Source: Schmidtea polychroa
Taxonomy: Eukaryota
DNA: 64,000 bases
Reading direction: 5' to 3'
Assembly (NCBI GenBank): GCA_044892525.1
Contig: CM097887.1
Span: 63,364,001-63,428,000, forward strand
The first letter of the stretch is position 1; each line of letters starts with the position of its first letter. Position numbers and translations under genes: made by a program. This document shows positions 36,858 through 50,002 of this stretch, piece by piece. The notes beneath the pieces were generated by a model. It did no database searches. It was not told where the DNA came from and was given only the letters and a program-made list of their open reading frames with translations.

Positions 36858-38093
36858 TACAGAGCTTGAAGTTGAAACTCTTCGGCATTCTTATTTCAGC
36901 CAATGAGATCAAGAAAAAGCAACAAAAAATTAATAATCTCATTTATAAATTGAAGATAACAAAGTTTTCTATAGGAAGCAATGATTGCAAAAATTCATAG
37001 GAAGATAATTTTTGAAACTTGCCAATTTATTTTTATTAAAATAAAGTTCTAAAATGATTGCCAGTGGCACTAACCATTGATATAGTGACTGTCAGTTAAC
37101 AAGATTATTTGGTATATCGAAATCAAGGTTAACTGAAGCCATGGAAACAAAATAAATTATCAACTCGGAACATCAACATGGGAAAACGAAACAGTGTACT
37201 TGTAAATCAATAAAAAAATTTATAATAAATTTTTGTAGTTATATATAAGTTATGTAACATAAAAATATTGAATTATCAAAATTGAATATATAATCTCAAT
37301 GAACTATTAATATTAATATCATGAGGAGTTTATAGATTCGTATGAGGGTAGAAGTCAATTAAGGATTTTAATAATTATTTAAAACGATATAATTCCTAAG
37401 TTGATTGATAAATATCTAGAGGAATTCGAAAGGGACATGAAGTGATTAAAGAATGGAAGTTTAATGAAATTCGGCTCATTAATTGAGTCATCTTCCTCAA
37501 AATGATAATGAAATACCTTCTATCAGTCACTTTATATATCTATATCTACAGCAGGTGGTCACTTCTAGTCTTCATCTAGCACTATATATTCCAACTTTCT
37601 CGGAAATAATTAATCTTTTATCAACTAATAACAAAAGTTATTTCACTGATATTTTAATATTGTACTTACATTCTTTATCAAATAATTCCTATCAGTTTAA
37701 TTATTAAAAATCCTACTAATATTTAAACTTTTACCATTTAAACTTTTAAGTATACCTTGTTTCGTCGAGTTAATTTGTTTATTTTACGTTTATTTAACGT
37801 TTCGTTAATATTGTTTTCAAATGTTGAATCTAAATTTAATAATATTCTTTATTAATAAAATTAAATTGCTTTCAAGTAACACAAGGTTTCATTTACAAAT
37901 ATTTTCATTAAGTTTTAATTATTGAATAAAAATTTTATAATTGAGATTTTGCAAAATATGTGGCTCTTTAGTTGATTATACTTTTCCAAGAAATTTGTTT
38001 CATAGATATTTCAGATTTTTTAAAAAAATAATTAAATATTTGAATAATTATATTTCTAATAATTTTGATAAATTTTAGATTGCTAATTAACTC

Positions 38094-39314
38094 ATGTCAT
38101 TAGACAACTCTTTTTATAGCACATTTAATAATATTAGTTGGAAAAGTGTAGAACCTCTCACCTTATCAGATATTGAAAAAATGAGAAAAGAATTTTGGGA
38201 AACTGCTTATGCATATGAAGGTTATAAAGAAACTTGGGATGCACTGAAAATGTGTGCGGAACACATTCAAAATAAAAGATATGAAAAAGCGCAGGAACTT
38301 TTATTGTATGCTGGAATTATTATACCAAACGGTAAGCAAAATGAAACAATTTTATTGAAATTTTTAAAATTATCTATTTCGCAAATAAATTTTTAGTGAC
38401 TATGTAGCACTTAGTGTTTGAAATCTTTTCCTAGGGTTGAAAAACATTTCAACTTATTATTGATTATTTTGTAACATTATAAAGATTAAAGTTTTGTTTA
38501 ATAGTTTACAGTGATTATATACCTTACTAATTGACAGTTCTAAATTAAAGTTCAAATTAAATATTTAAATTTAAAACAACTTTCTTTTCATATTACCGTT
38601 GAAAATTGTAATTAACATATTTAAAAACGATTTTATGTTCTAAATGGTTACTGATATTCTTTTTGCATTTATTTGTAAAAAAACATACAGTGGTATCTCT
38701 ATTTCTTTGGATACAAGATTTTTGACAAATTATTGGCAAATATTACTGTTCGTGATGCGTAATTTATTGTACTAGTATGATAGTATTCCTACATGATGCG
38801 TATTTTCTTCACTAGGGCACCACTGTTCACATGCGATAGTTACGTCTCTCCGTTTTACAAAACGTATAACTACTGATCAATTTATATAATTAATAAATTA
38901 GAAGTTTATTTGCATTACAATTTAGGTAATTTGACTGAATGTTACAATGAACTTGGATATAAATTTGAAATTCCTAATTATGTTCTTAGTCTGCCAACGA
39001 ATCTAAAAACCGAGGCAGAAAAACGTGATAATGAATTACCAACAGGCAATGGTCAACATTATTCTCCAATAACAGTTCGCTTATCTGATCTGCGTAGTTA
39101 TTCTTTGGAGGTTGAATATAATGATACAGTGGGACATTTGATGTCTCAGTTAGAAAAGAATTGTGATATTCCTCAATCGAGTCAGCGGTGGTATTTCGAT
39201 GGAAAGCCTATGAGAAAAGATGTTCTCATTAGGAAATATCAAATCCATCCTAACTACATTGTTCAAGTTATTATTCATAAACCTAAGAAACCGGAAAATT
39301 TCATTGACTATTAA
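38094..39314 (+). CDS. UBTD: Ubiquitin domain-containing protein (UBTD1/2-like): join(38094..38331,38926..39314), 208 aa; a further 5' exon is possible
   Basis: WKS..PLT...EFWETAYAYEGYKETWDALK...IIIPNG|NLTECYNELGYKFEIPNYVLSLP (UBD domain) plus C-terminal ubiquitin-like domain (SQRWYFDGK...YIVQVII); GT-AG intron, frame preserved. Confidence 0.9.
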
Positions 39315-39614
39315 TAAACGGATTTAAGCCGAAATTACAAAAATTTTTGCCTTTTAATTTTTTAATATTGTTTATTAGTTTTTATATAATAGGCATTATT
39401 TTATACGTTTTATAATCAATATAACTTATTTGTGGCGGGTCTCGAGTTTACGAGTTTGTAACTAGTGACAACTGAGCAGTGTAAACCAAGCCAAATATCT
39501 CAGAAAATGCAGTATTACGTAATATGTGTGAGATATGACATTATGTAATTTTTATAACATTACATAACTGCATGGATGACAACGACTGGCCGCTTAGGTA
39601 ATAATTAAATAAGG

Positions 39615-40314
39615 CAGCGCTTCTCAACTTTTCTGTTATTGCGACCCAGTTAACTAACGTAAATATTCTCGCACCCCCCCCCCCCCTTTGATCTATCGAA
39701 AATTATAGTGTCATAATGAAAACGGTCCGATATTCGTACATTTAATTTTATTGGTAAAAATGAGACTGTTTGCTATAAATGCACATTAATGTATACGTCT
39801 ATCCCTACCCTTTATACCAACGCCTACTAAAACACAGGTCTAACATAAGTAGTGGGAGTTTGGGCTGGTCTGGATGACGAGTTTGCGACATTAAAACGAA
39901 GAGCTTTGCAAATACTTTTTACCGTTTTCAACATCTTATCTTTGCGCAACCTGATTTTCGGCGCTTGCTTCGTTGAAAACAGAATACAGATAACAGCTAA
40001 ATATAGAAAAATAACTTAGGGTATCCATATCTGATATTACTCCTTCATTTCAAAAACTTTGCAATGAGAAACAGGCTCAAGGAAGTCATTAATTAATAAC
40101 ATAACATATTTAACTGGTATTTGTTTCATACTAATAAACTTAAATAATAAATCATTGGTAATATGTAATTATAAACTGTATTCTTATTTTAAATATATTT
40201 ATATATCTATATATATAAATTTTTTAATTTTACAATTTATTTTATTTAACCTTCAACAAAGTTTTAATTTAGTTATTAAATATACTCGCGCCCCCCACAG
40301 GTTGAGAATCGCTG
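39615..40314 (+). mobile_element. Non-autonomous hAT (Charlie/Buster-like) element
   Basis: TIRs CAGCGCTTCTCAAC / GTTGAGAATCGCTG, perfect 8-bp TSD AAATAAGG; internal frameshifted remnant LPFSTSYLC...LRVSISDITPSFQKLCNEKQAQGSH*. Confidence 0.92.
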
Positions 40315-41644
40315 AAATAAGGAGTTAAAGTTAATACACATCCAGGTACCACTATAGATATTGCATAATACAATATATTCTGAGATATTTGACTTAGTTT
40401 ATAATCTTAATTTGTCACTACCTTTGTGATTCTAGTACTAAAGATGAAGGTGATTATTCCTGTGAATAATTTTTTGATAAATATTATAAAGAAGCAATAA
40501 GAGTGCGAAAAAGCAGTCGGAAAAATACCTGGTTGGTGGAGGAAGATAATTTTGATATGTTCGGTCTTTCAACGTATTGTTGGGCCAAGCCTCAAAAATA
40601 ACAAAATTCTTTAAGACAGTTTTTCTTTTTGTTGTTTTAATTTACAGAAATGAAGTAAACAAAATTAAAGTGGTTGCTGGGACAACCATACAACATGAAA
40701 ACAGAAATAAGAATATTTAAAATTAATTTAAAAAACCAAATAAAACAAAGGTAAAAATTAATAAAACTCAAATAATAAAATGCGAAGAAAGAACAGCTGT
40801 ACACGAAACACATCTTAAAACGCGGGTAAAGACAAAGGAAATCGCCGAAAAAAAGACAACACAAGACAAACAAAAGACAACCATGCAAAGGCGTTCATTT
40901 GATCAATCCGGAGTATAAAGAAAAAGGAATATTTTAAATTAAAACAAACCAATCATAATGATTGGAATTTAAAGTTAAAAACAATTATTAAATTTGATCA
41001 GAAACACACTAGATCAATCCTGATCGGTGAAATCCATTTACAAAAAACAATATAAGGGATAGTCGCATTAGCCACTTTTATTATTTTTCAAAACTATTTT
41101 TTGGCAACATTTATCAGTCGATTCACCAATTTTTCTCTGAAAATTTTCTCGTTTAGCGAACCATTTTTAATCTTTGAAAATTTTATCAAAACCTCCTTTT
41201 ATATTTCAAAATTTTTGTATCAATCTATTGAACCGCTTTCTTTAAAAGTCTAAACCAAATATAGGAAACAACTTTTTATCAATTCGATCATTTTTATCAA
41301 CTACCGATTTTTACGCATTATGAATTTATCTTAATCGAAACCAATTCATATTTTGCAACTTCTGTTAGAATAGCACATAGCACAACTGGTTATTTTGATA
41401 TTTTAATTTATATTATTTTATATATATTTCTGTTTATTGTATGATATTTAATGAAATCAAAACTTATTGAAATTAACTATTTGTCCTTCCTCATATTTGT
41501 TAACTAAATTTTTAATATTTTATGAATATGATTTTATGGAATGCAGGTCCTAAATACTCTATACTATTTTCATTTTATATTTATAGATATGTAGTGGAGC
41601 AGGTATCGCGAATTGGTGGAGGGGAGGCACTAGTTGTCTTCCTA

Positions 41645-42260
41645 CACCAAACACAACTGAGATACATTCTCTATAGTTGCGGTTGGCGTATAGAGCAATT
41701 GCTCACTTAGCAATTTAGTGAAATTCATTTACTGAATTGCTCATTATGAATGTACATAAATGTATTTTGAAAATTTAATATAGCCATTTTACAAATGGCT
41801 TTCAGTTAAGATGTTTAATTTTAATTAAATTTTAAGACTTCAATTTTGATCTATATAGATATGAGATCATTAAGTTCTTAAATATTACTTTTAATCAACA
41901 GTATAATTATAAATTATTTTTAATTAATTTTCAGGCTTTTTTAGGATTTTTATGTCATTTATTAGAGTATTTTGGAATTATTTCGAGGGAACGTGAGTCA
42001 GATATGTTTTTAATTATAATTAATTAAATAAATTAATCCCCCAAAATATGTATTTTTTTAAAACATTTTGGGAAAAATCGCCTAGTATGAATAAAATAAT
42101 TTTTTTAATTTTTGTAATTTTTTTTTGCTGGGCTCTATATGAGGGGCTTCTTTCAGGAAAACAAATCTGGATTGAAAAGACATTGAACAAAATTCATCTG
42201 CTCTTGAAAATTTCATTAAAAATATATTTTTAAAAATTTTCAGTCATCTTTTTTTTTCTA
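41645..42260 (-). mobile_element. Diverged copy of the CAC...GTG/TA family (partial)
   Basis: TA-CACC start; ATGAGATCAT..GTTCTTAAATATTACT and TTTTGGAATTATTTCG blocks shared with the other copies. Confidence 0.55.
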
Positions 42261-42841
42261 AAAATTGTCTAAAATAGAATTATTATAGAAACGTATCTCA
42301 GCGGTGCATTTCAATGAATCAAAAGTTTGTATTTGTTTTTTAGTATGTGTTGTTTTAGTGTGCAGTTTTTAATTTTTCTTCCACTTTTCAGATTTCTATA
42401 GTATAAGCTGTATCTGACTGCACTCTAAATGAGAACATCAACGTGAAATCAAAATAAGTATGTATGTTTCTATAATGTAAGATTATTGATTTTTTTCTTA
42501 TATTATAGGAAACGGTTCTCAGTGGTGTTTAGTGTACAAGCCAATTCGCGATATTTTCTCGCTACCAGTAGAAGAATTGTGGTGAAATATCGGAACGAGT
42601 ATCGTGTCGCGGTCACCACTGACCTTTTTAGTAAAATAGTATTACATTAATGAGTGTTAGTAATTGATAAAATCCTGCAAAAGTCAAAGCAAGTCTCCAA
42701 ATAAGCTGATCACCTTGCATCGAGAGTGATTACGACGGTAGGGAGCTAGAAAGAACCGATGTAAGGTCTAAAAAAATTTCAGCTAATCTGACATAACCCC
42801 GAATATGAGTGTTATGTACGCTTTTATGAAGTACATTTTTA

Positions 42842-43008
42842 NNNNNNNNNNNNNNNNNNNNNNNNNNNNNNNNNNNNNNNNNNNNNNNNNNNNNNNNNNN
42901 NNNNNNNNNNNNNNNNNNNNNNNNNNNNNNNNNNNNNNNNNNNNNNNNNNNNNNNNNNNNNNNNNNNNNNNNNNNNNNNNNNNNNNNNNNNNNNNNNNNN
43001 NNNNNNNN
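42842..43008. other. Assembly gap (N run)
   Basis: N run. Confidence 1.
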
Positions 43009-43703
43009 TTATTAATGGAAACTAAACAGAATTAAAAATAGTAAAAAAATCAATAAAATATTAAAACTAATTTCTTCAACAACCTAAGATTTATATGGAA
43101 ATATTGAAGTTAAAAAAGATAGATTATATCAATCACTTTTCAGTAAGTAAATTTGTTGTAAAGAATTAAAAGTTGTCATCTTAAGAGTTCATTTGTTTTT
43201 ATAATAGTTGTTATACACAATCCACACACAAGAACCTCAGCTGTCCCGATATAGGTTTTAAAGGAGACTGCTGCGCTCTACAAATTTCCCTTAATTACGA
43301 CATAATATAATATAAAATAGCCTACAAAACTTGTATATACTCGTGATGCTGATGTGGTCAACCTTAAGACTAGAAAAAAGATTTTAAATGAGAAATTATG
43401 ATCTTTAATTTTCATCGAGGCGAGGATTACCCCCTGCATTACTCACGGAATTATCGGATTATTAGTAGCACCATTATCGATATTTTCATTTTCCCATGTT
43501 AATAGTCTTAATATCCTCATGTGAGTATTTATGTCATGAGTGTTCGTGGTGCGGCTGCCAGGAGTTTACTATGGCCGTTTTCTCATTAATATCAGGGTAG
43601 TTAGGATTATCTATCATTTGTGTCACCAAGAGAGCCAAAAGAATTTTGTAGAGTAAAAACCTTCGATTGAGGAATATCATTGTAGCTACATAAAGAAACA
43701 GAT

Positions 43704-46700
43704 ACACCCAATTCCGAAATTGAGTAACCTCTATAATTCACGTTGGTGTGCACACCAGTTGAGTGAGTCACCATTTATGTGAAAATGAAGTTACTCAATT
43801 TCATTTATTCAATTTATTAAAAATGGTTTTCAGGTAATTTTTTTAATTTCAAGTATATTTTAAGACTTGAATTTTGATTTTATATAGTTATGAGATCATT
43901 ATTCAAGTTCTTAAATATTACTGTTAGTCATCATTTATAATTTATCATTTATAAATATATTAATAACTAAATTTCAGGTGTTTTTTAGGAAATTTATGTT
44001 ATTTTATGCATTAATATGGAATTATTTCGCTAAAATGTAAGTTAGATATTTTTATATTTATAAATAAATAAAATTAATCACCAAACACATTTATTTTTTT
44101 AAGACATTTAGGAAAAAATCGGCGTAAATGAACGAAATAGTTTTTTAAATTTTTATAATCTTCTTTCTGCAGCTCATTTTCGATGGCTTTTTTCTTTCTG
44201 TAAATCAAAAGATCTCGAAGGACCTTCAATATTTGAAATGCTGCCTTCACACATACTATAAAATATTTTAATATTTTGTAATTTAATGAATAAAACTTAC
44301 ATTGTATTTTCTTCTTTTTCCCTAAAGCTCAAGGTAGAGCTGTCGGAATCTAAATTAAAAGTATTTTCTTGCATTCTTTAATAATTTTAAAATAATTATA
44401 TTTTAACAATATGTTAACAGTTATTTATTTCGGAACAAAAACCTATACACCTAACTGCGAAATATAACATTATCTATAATCTAAAAAAAATCAATAAATA
44501 TATATTATAGGAACACACAAACTTACCTGTGTGTAGAAATTTAATGCTGCGAAATTTAACATATTTATTATAGGAATCTAAAAAGTGAGAGAAAATAATT
44601 AAGCATACAAGCACAGCACACATAATGAAAAATACATACAAAATTAAGTAAAGTGTTTTTCATGCGAAATTCACATTGATTATCATATAATTAACATATC
44701 AATATTTTTAAATTATTTAAAAAGTTATGTACAAAAAAACTTTTGAATCAGATTCCGACTGCTCTACCTTGAGCTTTAGGGAAAAAGAGGAAGATACATC
44801 GTAAGATTTAATTATAAAATAATTTAATATATAAAATTTCTTTAGATTTACAGATATTGAAGAAGATCCTTCGACATCTTCGAATTTGCAGGAAAAAAAT
44901 CGCAAATCGTAAATTTTAATAAATTAATATTTTCATAGAATTACAGAAATAGACAAAATTCGAAAGATTACAAAAACTTAAAAAATATTTTATCCATTCT
45001 TTACTAAATGTCTTTAAAAAATAAATGTTTGGTGATTACTTTACTTATTTATAATTATAAAAATATCTAACTTACATTTTTACGAAATAAATCCAAATAA
45101 ATCCAAATAAAATACCATAAAATTCCTAAAAAAACACCTGAAATTTAATTATCAATGTTATATATTATCAATATTATAAATGCTGACTAACAGTAATATT
45201 TAAGAACTTGAATAATGATCTCATAATTATATAAAATCAAAATTCAAGTCTTAAAAATTTCTTCAATTCAAAAACTTACCTTAAAACGATTTTTGAAAAA
45301 TTGAAAAAATGAAATTAAGTTAACATTGTCATATAATTGGTGAGAATTTAATATAATTGGTAAGAATTTTGCATGCATTTTTCATTATGTGTTTTGTGTT
45401 GCTGTGTTCAGTTATTTTTCTCTCACCTTCACAAAACCTACACTTAATTCCACATGTTAAAAGTCTCTATAATACATGTTGGTGTGTTCATCAATCGATG
45501 ACTCACCATTTATGAGAATGTTTATTTCATTTTTTCATTTCAATTCAATTTTATTTATGGTTTTAGAAGTAAGTTTTTTAAATTTAAGTATATTTTAAGG
45601 CTTGAATTTTGATTTTATATAATTATGAGATCATTATTCAAGCTCTTAAATATTACTTGTAATCAGCATTTATAATATATTTATAATATATTGATAATTA
45701 AATTTCAGATGTTTTTTAGGTATTTTATGACATGTTATGAATTTGGAATTATTTCAATAAAATGTAAGTTAGATATATTTTTAACTAAAAAGAAATAAAA
45801 TAATCACCAAACACATTAATTTTTTTAGACATTTAAGCGTATATGGATAAAGTTGTTTTTTAAGTTTTTGTAATCTTCTTTCTCCAGCTCATTTTCAATA
45901 GCCTCTTTGACGATATAGACGGATTTTTTCATTTTCTGAAATTCTATTAAAATATCATTTTTTAAAAAAAATTTATTAAAATTTACGATTTTCGAATTTT
46001 TTTCTTCAATTCCAAAGATGTTGATGGAACTTGTTGAATATCTTCACACAAAGGCGTTTGACTAGAAATATCTGATATGCTGTAAAATATTTTAATTATT
46101 TGTAATTAAATAAAAAAATTCTTACATTGTCAGATCTTCACCTTCGCAAAATGGAAGTGTCTTCAAAGAAATACCTGAAAATCTAAAGAAATATTGACTT
46201 CAAAAATATTTTATAAATAGATCTTACGATGTTTTGTCGTCCTTTTCTCGAAAACTCAAAATTGAGTTGTCAGATTCAAAATTCAAATTTTTTTCAGCCA
46301 TGAATTTTAATAATTTTAAATTAATGATATGTTAACAGTATGTTAATGACTTTCTACTTTCGGAATAAAAAAAGCTATATTAAATTTGCGTGTATTTTAT
46401 ATTATGTGTGCTGTGTTTGTATGTAAAATTATTTTTCTGTCACTTTCTCAATTCCTATAATAAAACTTTCTACATTCGGAACATTAAATTTTTGCACACA
46501 GGTAAGTTTGTGTGTTGCTATAATATAATTTTATCGATATTTTTTTAGATTATAGAAACTCTTATATTGTGGAAACGGGTGTAATAAAACTTTTAACATT
46601 CGGAGCATTAAATTTTTGCACACAGGTAAGTTTGTGTGTTGCTATAATATAATTTTATCGATTTTTTTAGATTATAGAAATTTTTATATTCTGGATTTAT

Positions 46701-46790
46701 GTGTATAATAAAGTTACTAAATTTTGGAACAATAAATTTCTACACACAGGTAAGTTTGTGTGTTCCTATAATATATATTTATTGATTTAA
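43704..46790. mobile_element. Nested cluster of at least three copies of the CAC...GTG/TA family, plus an extra terminal unit
   Basis: Copy 2 (-) starts 43704 and is interrupted at 44448 by copy 3 (+). It resumes at about 45360, is interrupted at 45441 by copy 4 (-, ends 46581), is followed by an extra left-end unit to about 46703, and resumes to about 46790. Confidence 0.8.
45895..46301 (-). CDS. Transposon-borne 4-exon mini-gene, 90 aa, function unknown: join(46301..46228,46182..46126,46079..45987,45943..45895)
   Basis: Three GT-AG introns (45, 46, 43 nt), all phase 2, give an open frame MAEKNLNFESDNSILSFREKDDKTSFSGISLKTLPFCEGEDLTIISDISSQTPLCEDIQQVPSTSLELKKKIRKSISENEKIRLYRQRGY*. Confidence 0.6.
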
Positions 46791-46937
46791 GTATTACTTA
46801 TCCAAGATGACATTTCACTTAAAATCGATAACGTTACGTACATCATCAAACAATAGATAGAACACGATCGCCCACACACCCTGTACCAGTTACGCACAAG
46901 CACGACCTAACTCGGTCAATATCAGGTTGAGAGTCGG

Positions 46938-47115
46938 NNNNNNNNNNNNNNNNNNNNNNNNNNNNNNNNNNNNNNNNNNNNNNNNNNNNNNNNNNNNNNN
47001 NNNNNNNNNNNNNNNNNNNNNNNNNNNNNNNNNNNNNNNNNNNNNNNNNNNNNNNNNNNNNNNNNNNNNNNNNNNNNNNNNNNNNNNNNNNNNNNNNNNN
47101 NNNNNNNNNNNNNNN
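46938..47115. other. Assembly gap (N run)
   Basis: N run. Confidence 1.
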
Positions 47116-47140
47116 TAAGCATTTTGCTACAAATAATATA

Positions 47141-48300
47141 TTTTTGGATTTTCGTTTTACACTAGTGGGCTCCCTCTGACTCCTCGTGTTCTTATTTAAA
47201 CAAATAAATCGAAACCCAAGACAGAATAACTTTATTCCATTTCAATCAAATTACAATTTGTCACTATATTTGAACCTTTCGCTCATTATGAATATAAGAT
47301 AATTCAATTGGACAATCACCTTTCTGGTACGAGAATTAAACCTTATTTATTTCAATTACTATATTTCGTTCTTCGATCACTGATTGCTGATTCTCTGAGC
47401 TTCTCTTTGTTTCTTCGACCAACTGGCGGCCTGTCTGTTTCTGAGCTCTCTTTTTATACTGTTTCTCAGAGGGCAATTATCTACGAATTGCAATTTCCCG
47501 GGAATCATTTTTTAAGGGTTTCCAAATTATTTTGATTTGCTTGTTCTCTATTGTCGCTCGGAATATTCACTCTCTTATCTGATCGATCGTACTTTTTTTA
47601 AATCGATCGATTTTAAAAATTTGAATATACTAAAATTGGTGCCTAACTTGATTTTTTTCCTCTGTTGAAAACTGTTTTCGTATTCTTAAGTCAGTATCAA
47701 TTTATTTTAACTTCTTCCATACAAGCTTTCTAATATCCTCGCATGTATTGAGAAGTCTTGAATATATTTTCAAGTCCCTAAAAACGTAATTTTTTATATA
47801 TTTTGGCTGATCAAATTCTCCTATTGCTTGTACTTTTTTCGGATCGGATTTAATGCCACCCTTATTAACCATATGATCTTCAAACCTAACTTCATTGTTT
47901 AAGAATTCTTCTTTTATTGTTTTAAAAAATTCCTATTCATTTATATAATGCTCCTTTAACGTTTTCGGAAAAAATAATATGACATTTATATGCTACTGCA
48001 TTTATCCAATTTAATTTTCACAATACTTTATTCATCAACGTTTGAAATACTTCATACATCTGATAATTCATTTGGGTTTGACATATGTCTAATCCACACG
48101 CTGACCCTTACATTTTATTTATTCAAAGTTCTCATAAACTAACCATTGCCCTGGATTAATTGAAAATTGTGTTTAACAAGTCATCTATTCTTCATAAAAA
48201 TAGTTTTATTTAATGTCAATAATCCAAGTGCTTTAATTATTATCTTTATTTTTCACAATTAAACTTAATTATCTATATTTCTTGAATACTAAATTAATGA
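47141..48300 (-). mobile_element. Decayed Ty3/gypsy RT fragment joined to a family-A LTR 3' part
   Basis: Minus strand EFLNNEVRFEDHMVNKGGIKSDPKKVQAIGEFDQPKYIK at about 47790-47920, followed by LTR 47530-47141 with AAGAACACGAGGAGTCAGAGGG; consistent with family-A LTRs being gypsy LTRs. Confidence 0.75.
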
Positions 48301-48545
48301 ATACGTCAAATTCTATTAAATTCCACGTGTTGTAGAAATTATTATTTTATATTCAAATAATCTGTTAGATTCATTATTATAAATTTTTACGTGATTATTA
48401 GTAATTTTTTATTAAAATTATATTTAATAACCATATCGAAACCGATTTAAACAAAATAAATGACAGACTGGTTGCACCTCAGCTACAAAATTAAAATTAA
48501 AATCAAATTTGTTCACATATTAGTTGTTGGAATAAAATTGAAAAA

Positions 48546-49043
48546 TTAAACTTCATTATTTATACACAAAAATTCCCTTACATACATTTGTAAACTAACG
48601 GGTAAAATGTTGTAATTTAGATGATTTTGCAATATAATAATTCGACAATTATGCTTCAATGATAAAATTCTCAATCGAATCGGGCGGTTGAGACAAATAT
48701 CAGAATTTAATACTCCATTAACCATTCCAGCTGGTTTGATAGACTTCTTGAACGATTTTTTCAATTTACAAATTAAAGTATGGAGATTCCTCGATTTCAA
48801 TATTAATGGAGAATAGACTATTAATGAACGAGCAATTTCTGATGATGGCATCTTCAGAGCAAATTCTCCATCAGTATTTGTAATGATTCTAACTTGAACA
48901 AAATACAATCGTTCCTTCACAACTAAAGTAAATGCATTTGGAATTGTCGTACTCGGCCTGATAATAAAATCTCCAACTGGTTTATTATTAAATACATCAG
49001 ATAAACATATTTTTTGATCAGTAAAATACCAAATATCTTCCAT
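48546..49043 (-). CDS. socs: Single-exon SH2 + SOCS-box protein (SOCS/CIS-like), 165 aa
   Basis: SH2 GDFIIRPSTTIPNAFTLVVK; SOCS box LSLKHNCRIII...LPVSLQMYV; intact ORF. Confidence 0.82.
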   Translation of the reverse strand: MEDIWYFTDQKICLSDVFNNKPVGDFIIRPSTTIPNAFTLVVKERLYFVQVRIITNTDGEFALKMPSSEIARSLIVYSPLILKSRNLHTLICKLKKSFKKSIKPAGMVNGVLNSDICLNRPIRLRILSLKHNCRIIILQNHLNYNILPVSLQMYVREFLCINNEV

Positions 49044-49568
49044 TTTTTAATACAAATTCAATAAAAATGTAATTTAGTCAGGAATAAATATTTCAGTTCT
49101 TAGAAAAATATCAAAGGTTTCATTGGATGCTATAAATAGAAACAATTTTTATTAGTTAATGTAAATACATCCTACAGATTAAAACGATTGGTTGATTCAT
49201 GCAGATTCATGTGAATTATAGTCAATAATTTGTAGTCAATAATTTTTATTATTTTATTTTAACCAAACAAAGATTTTTTAATTTTAATCTTTTATTGTTG
49301 TGATCTGAGATAGTAATTTTCCTAGTTATAAGACAAATTTTTCACAGAATTATTTCATGAGATACAACAGGATTTAAACTACAAAAAAATGTAATATTAA
49401 ATAATTGTAATAGTGACATTTATTTTATTAATTGAATCGAAACTAAATATTTTACACTCGATTTTTGAATGTTGCTTTTGAGCCTACAATACCTAGAAGT
49501 TTTAATTATTTTTATAATTTTCTTGGAATTATCTTTCGTATAACTGTTTGACAGTCATTGGCTGAAGC

Positions 49569-49865
49569 CAGTGTTTGCCGCGAGACTTTTTTGCAAAAAA
49601 ATTGGTAATAGCAAAAATTTACAAAAACTATATCAAGCTTTTTACTATGGAAAAGTCGCTATGGAATTGTCTATGGAATTGCCTTTATTAACTTATAAAA
49701 ATCGCTCGTAATCATATTTAATTAGTATAGACTAAAAAGTAGCTTTTTTATATATCATTGTAAAGTCAAAAAATTTGTAAAAATATTTTATTTTTGGACA
49801 GGTGTGCCGCGAGCTTTTTGAAATTTTTTAGTGTGCCGTGAGCGAGAAAAGTCTGAGAAACACTG
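49569..49865. mobile_element. hAT MITE
   Basis: CAGTGTTT / AAACACTG ends, GTGTGCCGCGAG subterminal repeats, TSD GCTGAAGC/GCTTAAGT (6/8). Confidence 0.75.
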
Positions 49866-50002
49866 GCTTAAGTAAAGAAAAAATTGTATACTCTATGTAT
49901 ATATGAGCGTCCTCCAGTGCACTATAGTCGTCGAGAATTCGCGGACTGCAGATAGAAGGCGTATGTCCGACTTTAATCAGGTACCCTCCCTATTTTACAA
50001 TT

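Noticed and set aside
46460-46790. Three tandem units of about 120 bp as a CRISPR-like array
   Set aside because: Units are transposon left ends with homologous rather than unique spacers; eukaryotic context, no cas genes.
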